Assembly (NCBI GenBank): GCA_029941685.1 | Contig: JAPYTC010000001.1 | Location: forward strand, 2,381-66,380 | DNA length: 64,000 nucleotides | Direction: 5' to 3' | Origin: Planctomycetota bacterium | GTDB lineage: Bacteria; Planctomycetota; UBA1135 | Part shown: positions 55,611-64,000 of the stretch, one piece after another | Layout: each line of letters begins with the position of its first letter | How positions within the stretch are numbered: the stretch's first letter is position 1 | The notes under the pieces: model-generated | What the model saw: the letters and a program-made list of their open reading frames with translations, nothing else | What the model was told of the DNA's origin: nothing | The model's database searches: none | Position numbers and translations under genes: made by a program

Positions 55611-56745
55611 CGCTAATGCCGGAGTTCCGGTAACTTCGCGCGCGCTAGATAAGTTTGTAGAAATTGCTACTAACGTTTCAGCCAACCCCGCATCTAATAA
55701 TCAAGAGGGGCGGGCGGCGCAGGCGGTCATCGAAAAAAGTAAGTTACAAATTGCCGAAGCGCTTTCTTGCAGACCAGGCGAATTATTTTTTACAAGCGGT
55801 GCTACTGAGGCGAATAACCTTGCGATTCACGGCTTAATTGGTGATTTGGAGCAACAGTTTGGGCAGAGGCCAATATTGGTAAGTAGTAAGGCCGAACACC
55901 CGTCTTGCTTGGCCTACTTAAGGGTGTGGCAACAACGTGGATATAAATTGGAGTTGCTAAACCTCGATCGTCACGCAAGATTTGATTTAAGCGAGTATTC
56001 TTTTGACGACAGTCTTTGTTATTTAATTGTTGCCCAGTGGGCCAACAACGAAACGGGGGCGGTACAAAATATTGTGAAGTGTGCTGCTGCGGTGAATAGC
56101 AATGTTCGTTGGCATTGCGATGCCGTGCAAGGTATTGGTAAAATTGCCTTTGACGACACCCTGTTGTCTAGTGATAGTTTCTCTCTTTCTGGACATAAGT
56201 TTGGTGCGCCCAAGGGTTGCGGTTTACTACGGCTCAAAAACCCCGGCGCTTGCGGTCCGATGTTTTTTGGGGGTGGCCAACAAAACTCTGTGCGGCCCGG
56301 AACAGAGTCTCCCGCCCTGGCTGCAAGCTTAACGGTTGCGCTATTAGACGCATTGGATCTTCAGGCTAGTGCTGAAAATATTTGCCTGCAATGGAAGCGG
56401 TCCTTAGTGCGCGCACTAACCGAAGGTGACATTTCATTTATAACTAATAGCCCAAAAGATAATTGTTTGAGCAACACTCTAAATATTAGTTTCCCAAATC
56501 TAGATGGACGAATGATTTTGCCCGCTTTAGATATTGAAAAAATTTCTTTATCGGCGGGCTCTGCTTGTGCGTCTGGAGCGGCCCTCGCGTCAAGCGTATT
56601 ATTGGCGTCTGGGATAGGTGAAAAATTAGCGCAAGCCTCTTTACGAATTAGCTTTAGGAATACATACCCGAATCATGACGTCGACAAAGAGGTGCAACGA
56701 CTCGCATCGGCCATCAACAGGCTATACAAAGTTGCAAATCCTTAG
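55576..56745 (+). CDS. cysteine desulfurase (NifS/IscS-like, class V aminotransferase)
   Basis: 389 aa with FTSGATEANNLAI, the PLP lysine SLSGHKFGAPKGCGLL and the active-site Cys SAGSACASG. It overlaps the parA end by 35 nt. Confidence 0.85.
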   Translation: MSQPCRPRISFDANAGVPVTSRALDKFVEIATNVSANPASNNQEGRAAQAVIEKSKLQIAEALSCRPGELFFTSGATEANNLAIHGLIGDLEQQFGQRPILVSSKAEHPSCLAYLRVWQQRGYKLELLNLDRHARFDLSEYSFDDSLCYLIVAQWANNETGAVQNIVKCAAAVNSNVRWHCDAVQGIGKIAFDDTLLSSDSFSLSGHKFGAPKGCGLLRLKNPGACGPMFFGGGQQNSVRPGTESPALAASLTVALLDALDLQASAENICLQWKRSLVRALTEGDISFITNSPKDNCLSNTLNISFPNLDGRMILPALDIEKISLSAGSACASGAALASSVLLASGIGEKLAQASLRISFRNTYPNHDVDKEVQRLASAINRLYKVANP

Positions 56746-56880
56746 TTGTTATTATTTATAGCCTTACAGGGTCATAATAATTAATTATTTTGATGGTTCC
56801 GCGGTGTTGATAAAGTATTGATCAAGTAAGTGACATACCCACTAAACTCTTGAAAACAAAAGGCTTACGACCGCCCCCTA

Positions 56881-58245
56881 ATGAACAAAGAATTAAAAAT
56901 AACCTGGAAAAAGGCTCTTTATGAGCTGGAACGCCTGATGGGGGTTGATAATGTTGATGCTTGGGCGCGGAACACAGAATTGGTGGCATATGCCCCTCCG
57001 GCTCGCGCCACGATTGAGGTGCCCACTCGAATGCACTTCGAGCGCTTGCGTGATTTGTTTCATGACGATATCGAGCAAGTCCTCGGTGTTAAACACATCG
57101 AATTTGAAATTGTTGAAAAGTTGGCCGAAGATCTTCTAGAACATATCTCGCAAGAAGGCAATGCTGCCCTGGTTGAAGAGCGAAACGGTAAAGTCTCTAA
57201 GATTGTTAAAAGCGCCAACAATGTTTTGCGCCTTAATAAATCATATATCTTCAACAACTATGTGGTGGGGGGATTTAATCGTTTCGCCCAAATGGCTGGC
57301 CGCGGCATCGTCCAAGAGCCAGGCAAAGACTTCAATCCCTTTTTCATTCACGGCGAATCCGGACTCGGTAAAACGCACCTAATGCAAGCAATTGCGCATG
57401 CAATAAACGAGGTTAGGCCCGAGTTAAAGATTGTTTATCTAACCTGCGAAGAGTTTCAAAACCATTTTGTAAGTGCAATTCGCGAAGGCAATGTCCAGGC
57501 CTTCCGTGATCGTTATCGTGATGTTGATGTTTTCGTTATCGACGACATTCACCACCTAGTGGGTAAAGAAAAAACCCAGCAAGAGTTTTTCCATACCTTC
57601 AATGCTCTTTACCAAGAAAACAAACAAATTATTTTATCGTGTGACTGCAAACCTTCAGAAATTGAAGGCCTCCACAGTCGTTTAATTTCACGCTTTAACT
57701 GGGGCTTGTCAGCAGAAATAAAAGCTCCCGATTTCGACGATAGTGTGTCTATTTTGTTAAATAAAGCCCATTTGCGCGGTATTCAGCTCGATACTGGTAT
57801 TGCGCAATTCATTGCAAAACGAGCTGGCAGTAACATCCGAGAATTGGAAGGCTGTTTAACTAGCCTACACGCTCGTTCACGACTTGAAATGCGCCCCATT
57901 TCGCTTGAGATGGCTGCAGAAAACATGCCTGGTTTCACGCCAATCAAAAAGATGTGTACCATTGGTGCGATCTCACAAGTTATTTGTGAGTATCACGACA
58001 TAGAGCTTGATGCACTCAAAACAAAGTCGCGACAATCGACTCGGGTTGAGGTGCGCAATATCATCATTTACTTGGCCAGAAAGTTAACAAACATGTCGCT
58101 TAAAGAAATTGGTGGTTTCTTCGGTGGGCGCGACCACAGCACAATCAAGCACTCTCTATCTAAGTTAGATCGGCGCATCATGGTAGATGATCAATACGCT
58201 GACTTCATCCAAACTTTAGAGCAAAAGGTCTTAAAATCGATTTAG
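56881..58245 (+). CDS. dnaA: chromosomal replication initiator protein DnaA
   Basis: 454 aa with the Walker A GESGLGKTHLMQAI, VFVIDDIHHLVGKEKTQQEFFHTFNAL, SNIRELEG and a C-terminal DNA-binding domain (GGRDHSTIKHS). Confidence 0.95.
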   Translation: MNKELKITWKKALYELERLMGVDNVDAWARNTELVAYAPPARATIEVPTRMHFERLRDLFHDDIEQVLGVKHIEFEIVEKLAEDLLEHISQEGNAALVEERNGKVSKIVKSANNVLRLNKSYIFNNYVVGGFNRFAQMAGRGIVQEPGKDFNPFFIHGESGLGKTHLMQAIAHAINEVRPELKIVYLTCEEFQNHFVSAIREGNVQAFRDRYRDVDVFVIDDIHHLVGKEKTQQEFFHTFNALYQENKQIILSCDCKPSEIEGLHSRLISRFNWGLSAEIKAPDFDDSVSILLNKAHLRGIQLDTGIAQFIAKRAGSNIRELEGCLTSLHARSRLEMRPISLEMAAENMPGFTPIKKMCTIGAISQVICEYHDIELDALKTKSRQSTRVEVRNIIIYLARKLTNMSLKEIGGFFGGRDHSTIKHSLSKLDRRIMVDDQYADFIQTLEQKVLKSI

Positions 58246-58314
58246 AAATGACCCGTACCGCACTTAAACCCAAGTCCATTCACTGGCTTGGGTTTTCTCT
58301 ATTACAGGATAAGT

Positions 58315-58323
58315 TGTGGACAA
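58315..58323 (-). promoter_or_regulatory. DnaA box (1 mismatch)
   Basis: The plus strand reads TGTGGACAA, which is TTGTCCACA on the minus strand. Confidence 0.5.
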
Positions 58324-58446
58324 ATAGTGGACTAAAGGGGACAAATATCGCCTTTTCCCACAAGCCTTACACGCCAAAGCCCACAAAGGAAATTGTTATA
58401 AACAATCGAATTAGTTATAGTTTTTTTCCCGACATTAACCTACATC

Positions 58447-58455
58447 TTTTCCACA
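58447..58455 (+). promoter_or_regulatory. DnaA box (1 mismatch)
   Basis: TTTTCCACA compared with the consensus TTATCCACA. Confidence 0.5.
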
Positions 58456-58522
58456 CAGACAAAACACAAACACAATTTTGTAAACCTTGTAAAACACGGA
58501 CCTTAGGAGCACAGTTAAGGCT

Positions 58523-58531
58523 TTATCCACA
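58523..58531 (+). promoter_or_regulatory. DnaA box (perfect consensus)
   Basis: TTATCCACA read directly from the sequence. Confidence 0.7.
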
Positions 58532-58596
58532 GCTTTGGCTCTACTATACTACTACTTCTAATTTCTTTAACATCTAATAAAGAATAACAATAAAAA

Positions 58597-59733
58597 ATGC
58601 ACTTCCTCGTTGATCGATTAGCTTTCCGTAATGCTCTGCAAAGGGTTGAAATGGGTATTGACCGAAAACCCACAAATCCGATGTACGGAGGCGTCCTTAT
58701 CGAAGCTCAAAACGATAGCTTAGTTTTAATGACAAACGATCTCGACATGTCCGTTCGTTATCGTTTAGATTTTGTACAGGTAACGCAGCCCGGCTGGGCT
58801 GTCATTCCTGGTCGCGAGTTGGTCGATATCATTAAAGATTTAGAATCCGATACGGTAACAATTACTCTGACAAAGAACAATCAGGTTGAGTTACGAGCCG
58901 GTGACGACCTATGCACATTGGTTACATTAGATTCAAGTAATTCAAGCACTGCCGAAAAATCGGAAAGCTTTCCAGTAGCTCCTTCGTGCGACGTTGAGCC
59001 TGACGTGGTTATGGAGAAAAACGATTTCTTAACCATGGTCAACTCAACACGATTCGCCACGTCGAAGGTACAGAATTCTCGTTTTGCAACTGAAGGAATT
59101 CTTATGGAGGCTAAAGAAGATCGCATGACCATGGTTGGCACCGACGGTCGCCGACTCGCTTGCATTTTACGTAATCTTTCATCTGAATCATCAGGCTCGC
59201 ACCGCGCTGTGTTGCTGCCAAAAGTTTTAGATCAGATTTATCGCTTTGGCCAAGATGAAGACGGCGAAGAAATTAGCATTTGGTATCTTGGTAATCAAGT
59301 CGGATTCAAAATTGGCAACCTAGAATCATTCGGGCGTGTGTTAACCGGAGAGTTTCCAGATTACTCACAAGTGCTAAATATTTCCGGTTCTAGTTCAATT
59401 AATGCTCACCGAGAATCGTTTACTAAAAAGTTACGCCTAGCAAGTCACCTTACCAATGATTCTGCTGCGGTTGTGCGTTTAAAACTAAGTAATAACAATA
59501 TGGAAATCTGTTCCGAAACAGATGGGCGTGGTCGTGCTTCAGCTAACTTTGAAGTTGATTACTCTGGTGATGAAATAAATACCGCATTCAATCCTGTGTT
59601 CCTCATGGAGGGTTTGAAAGCCGCACATAGCGAAGCAATCGAGATCCAACTCGAAGATGCTGCGCATCCAGCAAAGTTTATTCTTGGTAATGATTTCTTT
59701 TACATCGTCATGCCATTAAGCTCGTTGGTTTAA
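58597..59733 (+). CDS. dnaN: DNA polymerase III beta sliding clamp
   Basis: 378 aa. The N-terminus reads FRNALQRVEMGIDRKPTNPMYGGVLIEAQNDSLVLMTNDLDMSV, with a three-domain clamp pattern. Position after dnaA supports the call. Confidence 0.95.
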   Translation: MHFLVDRLAFRNALQRVEMGIDRKPTNPMYGGVLIEAQNDSLVLMTNDLDMSVRYRLDFVQVTQPGWAVIPGRELVDIIKDLESDTVTITLTKNNQVELRAGDDLCTLVTLDSSNSSTAEKSESFPVAPSCDVEPDVVMEKNDFLTMVNSTRFATSKVQNSRFATEGILMEAKEDRMTMVGTDGRRLACILRNLSSESSGSHRAVLLPKVLDQIYRFGQDEDGEEISIWYLGNQVGFKIGNLESFGRVLTGEFPDYSQVLNISGSSSINAHRESFTKKLRLASHLTNDSAAVVRLKLSNNNMEICSETDGRGRASANFEVDYSGDEINTAFNPVFLMEGLKAAHSEAIEIQLEDAAHPAKFILGNDFFYIVMPLSSLV

Positions 59734-59734
59734 A

Positions 59735-60067
59735 ATGGCTGATAAAAAAAGATACTGTAAAGAAGCTGTACCCATTAATACTATTGTAAGTGATGTGTTT
59801 AGTAAAATGGGTGTCTCGCGCGGCACCGAACACCGTATCGTTTTTGATGCCTGGAATTCCATAGTTCCACCGAAATTTAAAAACAAATGTCGCGCATTGT
59901 CATATAGAAATGGACGATTCATTGTCGAAGTTCAATCTGCACCGTTAATGCAAGAATTAAGATGTTTTCGCCAGTCAGAATTTGTTTTGCTACTCAATCA
60001 AGAAATTCGATTCAACACTAACAATCAAAGTCTATTTGTTAAGAAAATCGAATTCAAATCAAACTAA
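59735..60067 (+). CDS. DUF721 (DciA-like) protein
   Basis: 110 aa. VFDAWNSIVPPKFKNKCRALSYRNGRFIVEVQSAPLMQELRCFRQSEFVLLLNQEI fits the DUF721 pattern (W..IV...., dG.L.V.v.s..w..eL). It lies between dnaN and gyrB. Confidence 0.8.
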   Translation: MADKKRYCKEAVPINTIVSDVFSKMGVSRGTEHRIVFDAWNSIVPPKFKNKCRALSYRNGRFIVEVQSAPLMQELRCFRQSEFVLLLNQEIRFNTNNQSLFVKKIEFKSN

Positions 60068-60072
60068 TAAAC

Positions 60073-62499
60073 ATGTCCGAAGATAATAAAGAATACAGCT
60101 CCAGTTCAATCAAGTTTTTGAAAGATCTAGAGGGAGTACGCATGCGCCCCGCCATGTACATTGGCGATACTGCCGAACGCGGTTACCACCATCTATTGTG
60201 GGAGGTTGTCGACAACTCTATCGATGAGGCCTTAGCGGGGCACTGTGACATTGTTACGGTGACCTTAAACAGTAATGGCTCTGCGACAGTACGAGATAAT
60301 GGTCGTGGCATTCCTGTTGAGATGCACGAAGAAGAGGGTGTGCCGGCGGTTGAATTGGTAATGTCAAAGTTGCACGCTGGAGGAAAGTTCGACAACGACG
60401 CATATGCAGTTTCTGGTGGATTGCACGGTGTTGGTATTTCCGTAGTAAATGCTTTATCAGAGTCTACTGTGGTAAATATTTACAAAGATGGCGTCGAGCA
60501 CCACATCACATTTTCTCGTGGTGTAAAGGAAACGGATCTTAAAACAATTGGCGATACCACCGAACAAGGAACACAAGTAACCTTTACGCCAGATACCAAG
60601 ATATTCTCACATAGCGGCTTCGATTGGGAATTAATTTGCAATCGTTTACGTGAGATGTCCTACCTTATGGGCACAACGGGTTTAAGGATTATTATTGACG
60701 AAGAGTCGACGGGACGCCACGAAGAGTTTCATCATCCAGAGGGGTTGGTGGCTTACATTAATGATATTTCTGCAGGTAAAGAAGCTATTACTGAAGTCAT
60801 CCACTTCAATAAAGAAGTGCAGCACGAGAAGGGAAAGTATGGTGTTGAGATTGCGATGCGTTACACCAACGATTGGCACGAAGGAATCTATTCTTTTGCC
60901 AATAACATTCGAACAGGCGAGGGCGGAACCCACCTTACGGGGTTTAGAACCGCTTTAACCCGCACATTTAATACCTTTGTTAAGAGCAATAATTTAGTTA
61001 AAAAGGGCGAGTCGCCAAGCGGGGATGACTATCGTTCTGGATTATATGCAGTCATATCAATCAAAATTCCTGATCCACAATTTGAAGGACAGACCAAAAG
61101 TAAATTAGGTTCGCGCGAGGCAACCGCCATTGTTGACGGCGTTGTTACAGAATGCCTAGGTATGTACCTAGAAGAAAATCCAGAACCAGGGCGTTTGATA
61201 ATCCGTAAAGCTATGTTGGCACGCGATGCACGTGATGCAGCGCGCAAGCAACGCGACTTAGTTCGCCGTAAAGGGGTGTTATCTTCAGGATCCCTGCCAG
61301 GGAAATTAGCTGATTGTCAATCTAAAGATACAACACTTACCGAATTGTACATCGTTGAGGGTGATTCGGCGGGTGGCTCAGCAAAGACCGGTCGTGATCG
61401 TCGTTACCAAGCTATTTTGCCTCTTAAGGGTAAAATTCTTAATGTCGAAAAGAATAATGCTAATCGCATTTTAGCCAACCAAGAATTACAAACGATGATT
61501 CAGGCTATTGGTGCCGGAGTAGGTGAAGATTTTGATCATAAGAAATGTCGATACGGAAAAATTATCATCATGACAGACGCCGATGTTGATGGCTCACATA
61601 TTCGCACATTGATTTTGACCTTCTTCTTCCGTCAGATGAAGCCAATGATTGAAGCTGGACAGGTTTATGTTGCCTGCCCACCACTTTATAGAATCAACAA
61701 GAAGGGCTCAAAGGCATATCAGTACATTCATGATGACGACCATCTCCGTGAAATGCTAAAAGAACAGTCGGTAGCGGATACTACACTAACTTTTGCAAAT
61801 GGGGCCAAGTTCAAAAATAATGACTTAGAGCCAATTCTAGATGCTCTACAACGCCTCGCCCAATGTACACACTCCCTTAAGGGTGGTAGCCGCGGCGTTG
61901 TTGCGGAAGAGTATTTGGCACAAGTTAATGAAAACGGTGAATTACCGATGTCGATGATTCAGCATGTTGACAGCGGAAAGAAGGTTTTCTACTACAACGT
62001 AACCGATTTTCACACTGCACAAGATGAGTATCAAAACATCTGGAGTTTAACCAGTACTGAGGTAACTCGCGATCAAGCAGATTATCTTGCATTCCAATTT
62101 AACGAAAAACAGGCCGCTCAGCGCCACCTAGCTATTTTAATAGAGGGTGGTGTTAGTTTTACCACAGTGCTTGACGACTCAAACACAAGCGCCTTGTTTA
62201 CCCTAGAACGCGATGGTGAGGCGGTAAGCTATCATAAGCTAATTGAATTAGTCGCGGCTTTCCGCGACTTCGGGATGAAGGGCGTAGAAGTGCAGCGCTA
62301 CAAGGGTTTGGGCGAGATGAACCCGGATCAGCTGTGGGAATCTACCATGGACCCAGAGTTGCGTTTTATGAAACGCGTCATTCTGGACGATGTTTTAGAG
62401 GCCGACAAAACATTTACGATGTTGATGGGAGACGAAACTGCCCCGCGCCGTGAATACATTGCCGCTCATGCACACGAAGTAGGCGATTTGGACGTTTAG
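60073..62499 (+). CDS. gyrB: DNA gyrase subunit B
   Basis: 808 aa with GLEGVRMRPAMYIGD, HHLLWEVVDNSIDEA, GGLHGVG, the Toprim motifs ELYIVEGDSAGGSAK and IMTDADVDGSHI, and a C-terminal YKGLGEMNPDQLWETM-type motif. Confidence 0.97.
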   Translation: MSEDNKEYSSSSIKFLKDLEGVRMRPAMYIGDTAERGYHHLLWEVVDNSIDEALAGHCDIVTVTLNSNGSATVRDNGRGIPVEMHEEEGVPAVELVMSKLHAGGKFDNDAYAVSGGLHGVGISVVNALSESTVVNIYKDGVEHHITFSRGVKETDLKTIGDTTEQGTQVTFTPDTKIFSHSGFDWELICNRLREMSYLMGTTGLRIIIDEESTGRHEEFHHPEGLVAYINDISAGKEAITEVIHFNKEVQHEKGKYGVEIAMRYTNDWHEGIYSFANNIRTGEGGTHLTGFRTALTRTFNTFVKSNNLVKKGESPSGDDYRSGLYAVISIKIPDPQFEGQTKSKLGSREATAIVDGVVTECLGMYLEENPEPGRLIIRKAMLARDARDAARKQRDLVRRKGVLSSGSLPGKLADCQSKDTTLTELYIVEGDSAGGSAKTGRDRRYQAILPLKGKILNVEKNNANRILANQELQTMIQAIGAGVGEDFDHKKCRYGKIIIMTDADVDGSHIRTLILTFFFRQMKPMIEAGQVYVACPPLYRINKKGSKAYQYIHDDDHLREMLKEQSVADTTLTFANGAKFKNNDLEPILDALQRLAQCTHSLKGGSRGVVAEEYLAQVNENGELPMSMIQHVDSGKKVFYYNVTDFHTAQDEYQNIWSLTSTEVTRDQADYLAFQFNEKQAAQRHLAILIEGGVSFTTVLDDSNTSALFTLERDGEAVSYHKLIELVAAFRDFGMKGVEVQRYKGLGEMNPDQLWESTMDPELRFMKRVILDDVLEADKTFTMLMGDETAPRREYIAAHAHEVGDLDV

Positions 62500-62503
62500 T
62501 CAA

Positions 62504-63628
62504 ATGCGGCTTAATAAAATATTTAGGGTAGCAATATTTATTGTTGCCCTAATTGCGGTTTTTCAAAGCTATAAACCGAATTATAGAATTCGTTCACCGC
62601 GACTCGGCAACCCGCAATTTTTAACCGGAACGGAGGCCTTTAGTGTCGTCATAGATGGCCTGCCCCCCTTTGTTTCAGCAGACGACATTAAGTTTAATTT
62701 ACGCAGTAACGAAATTCTGTACACTTTAGAAATCAAAGGGGTTAAGAATGATGTATTTACGGTAACCCCCGAGAGTAAATTATTTCCCGGGGCATACGAG
62801 CTAAGTGCATCTATAAATGGAAAATGGTTTAGAAACCCCAAGGCGGTATTCGCTTACGAGAGCTTTCCAACAGATTTTAAAATTGCTCACGCCGCAGACT
62901 TACCAGACCTGGATCATTCGGACGGAGAAAAATTATTTAATGCGTTATTGAACGATGTAATAAATGAAGGCGCAGATATTTTATTATTAACCGGCGACAT
63001 TGTTTATCATGGCGGTGCAGACAGGTATTTGCGTTTCTACCAAGCGATATCTAAGTTAGACATTCCTATTATTATTTGCCCCGGGAATCACGAACGAGAA
63101 GACTGGTCGTTATATATTGCTGATTATCCCGACCCCATACACAGTAATTTATTCGGAGACTGGAACATTATCAGCTTGGATTCGGCCCACGGTCGCGATC
63201 AACTAAGCAATGCACAATTAGCATGGTTTGAAAAACAACTTATTGAAAACCCAGACAAAAAAACCTTAGTTCAGATTCACCACCCAATAGTCGGCACACG
63301 CTCCATCATGCGCAATCAACAACAGTTTTTACAGCTACTGGTTGATTACGAGGTTGTCGCAACCCTATCAGGTCACACACACGTGGACGCCTTTCACACC
63401 ATTAGCGGCGCCGAATGGATTGCCGATGAATTACCACCACAACCCTGGCTATTAACGACCACCACTTACGATTTTGACGTGGCGCCCGCGCCTAATGGCG
63501 GCCTGGTTTTCCCAGGATACAGAATGTTAGAATTTGAAAACAACGCATTGGTTTCAGTGGGCGAGCTCCACCAGGGGGGGCGAAGTTTTATGTCGCGACG
63601 CGTTGATCTAAAATCAAAATTACAATAA
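62504..63628 (+). CDS. membrane-anchored calcineurin-like metallophosphoesterase
   Basis: 374 aa with the TM anchor IFRVAIFIVALIAVF and a beta-sandwich-like N-domain of about 100 aa. The phosphoesterase motifs are HAADLPD, LTGDIVYHGG, GNHE and GHTH. Confidence 0.8.
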   Translation: MRLNKIFRVAIFIVALIAVFQSYKPNYRIRSPRLGNPQFLTGTEAFSVVIDGLPPFVSADDIKFNLRSNEILYTLEIKGVKNDVFTVTPESKLFPGAYELSASINGKWFRNPKAVFAYESFPTDFKIAHAADLPDLDHSDGEKLFNALLNDVINEGADILLLTGDIVYHGGADRYLRFYQAISKLDIPIIICPGNHEREDWSLYIADYPDPIHSNLFGDWNIISLDSAHGRDQLSNAQLAWFEKQLIENPDKKTLVQIHHPIVGTRSIMRNQQQFLQLLVDYEVVATLSGHTHVDAFHTISGAEWIADELPPQPWLLTTTTYDFDVAPAPNGGLVFPGYRMLEFENNALVSVGELHQGGRSFMSRRVDLKSKLQ

Positions 63629-64000
63629 TGTTAGATTTTATTAAACGCATTGAGCTTTGGTTTTTATTCGGGCTAACAACCGTATTTAACTTAACCATTA
63701 ATGGCTCCGATTTTGAACACCTATCAGGAAGACTAGCTGCGGCCGGCCTATTAATACTGCTTTTTTGCCCCAAGATAAAGAAAGACGGGTTGTTAAATAT
63801 AGCCATCTTGGGTGGCGCTGCATTGCGCATTATCTTATTTATACAGTTTCAACAACACGGCTGGCTCGAACACAGCACCACCCAGGGGGCGCTAATTGCC
63901 AGCATTGCTTTGTTGTCGGTATTTGACGGAGCCGCTAAACACATTGGAGTTGCATCATTATCACAACTGGTTATTTTAATATCACTGATGATAATCATGT
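63628..64000 (+). CDS. hypothetical integral membrane protein, N-terminal fragment (continues beyond the window)
   Basis: My own translation from ATG 63628 (a TAATG overlap with the upstream stop) runs stop-free to the window end. It reads MLDFIKRIELWFLFGLTTVFNL...AAAGLLILLFCP...LGGAALRIILFIQ...LIASIALLSVF, several hydrophobic helices. It is absent from the ORF track because it is open-ended. Confidence 0.45.
   Translation, partial: MLDFIKRIELWFLFGLTTVFNLTINGSDFEHLSGRLAAAGLLILLFCPKIKKDGLLNIAILGGAALRIILFIQFQQHGWLEHSTTQGALIASIALLSVFDGAAKHIGVASLSQLVILISLMIIM

Larger units (their letters stand above)
58246..58596. other. candidate oriC (dnaA-dnaN spacer with DnaA boxes and an AT-rich tract)
   Basis: This is a 351-bp non-coding spacer. 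It holds a perfect TTATCCACA, two one-mismatch boxes and one two-mismatch box. An AT-rich tract of about 55 bp (58541-58596) abuts dnaN. Confidence 0.65.

Noticed and set aside
58248-58577. 109-aa ORF filling the dnaA-dnaN spacer.
   Set aside because: The translation is low-complexity and non-protein-like (…LWLYYTTTSNFFNI). The ORF is covered by DnaA boxes and an AT-rich tract. The canonical oriC position makes a coding role unlikely.
1-64000. A search for CRISPR arrays, rRNA/tRNA genes, transposases, integrases, phage genes and toxin-antitoxin or defence-system hallmarks.
   Set aside because: I noticed no direct-repeat/spacer arrays, no recognisable RNA genes and no mobile-element or defence-type protein motifs. 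The scan was by eye and cannot exclude small ncRNAs or short repeats.

Overview
This is a 64-kb chromosomal window from a Gram-negative bacterium, probably a marine member of the PVC superphylum. That placement is inferred from a TAT-signal Gfo/Idh/MocA oxidoreductase, a PVC-type heme-binding dehydrogenase, sulfatase-fold enzymes, several ECF sigma modules and RNase HIII. All calls come from reading the ORF translations and the DNA by eye; no homology search was run. I can support about 59 protein-coding genes. They are tightly packed, with eight TAATG stop/start overlaps. I recognised no rRNA, tRNA, CRISPR array, transposase or prophage. The right third of the window is the replication-origin neighbourhood. 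It contains parB with an internal parS, a sigma-70 factor, hemW, pyrF, parA, a NifS-like desulfurase, dnaA, a DnaA-box-rich dnaA-dnaN spacer, dnaN, a DUF721/DciA-like gene (no recF) and gyrB. The rest is mostly housekeeping: glnA, pdxA, purF, selU, a fused formiminotransferase-cyclodeaminase, lepB, mgtE, rsmB, fmt, trxA, scpA, kdsD, kdsC, tatA, moaB and rnhC. Four candidates deserve a second look. (1) kdsD-kdsC is translationally chained to a 787-aa membrane-anchored beta-rich protein and an LptD-like barrel, which may be a single-polypeptide LptC/LptA bridge. (2) A locus with a methyltransferase, an HK-REC-HK kinase and a CheY-like receiver mirrors the Ralstonia phcBSRQ quorum-sensing parts list. 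(3) A protein of about 430-470 aa with a C-terminal HPr domain sits where parA normally precedes parB. (4) Two tandem ECF-sigma modules have soluble partner proteins and secreted cargo, including a 1020-aa beta-sandwich repeat protein. All four functional interpretations are inferences that need HMM or structure searches.
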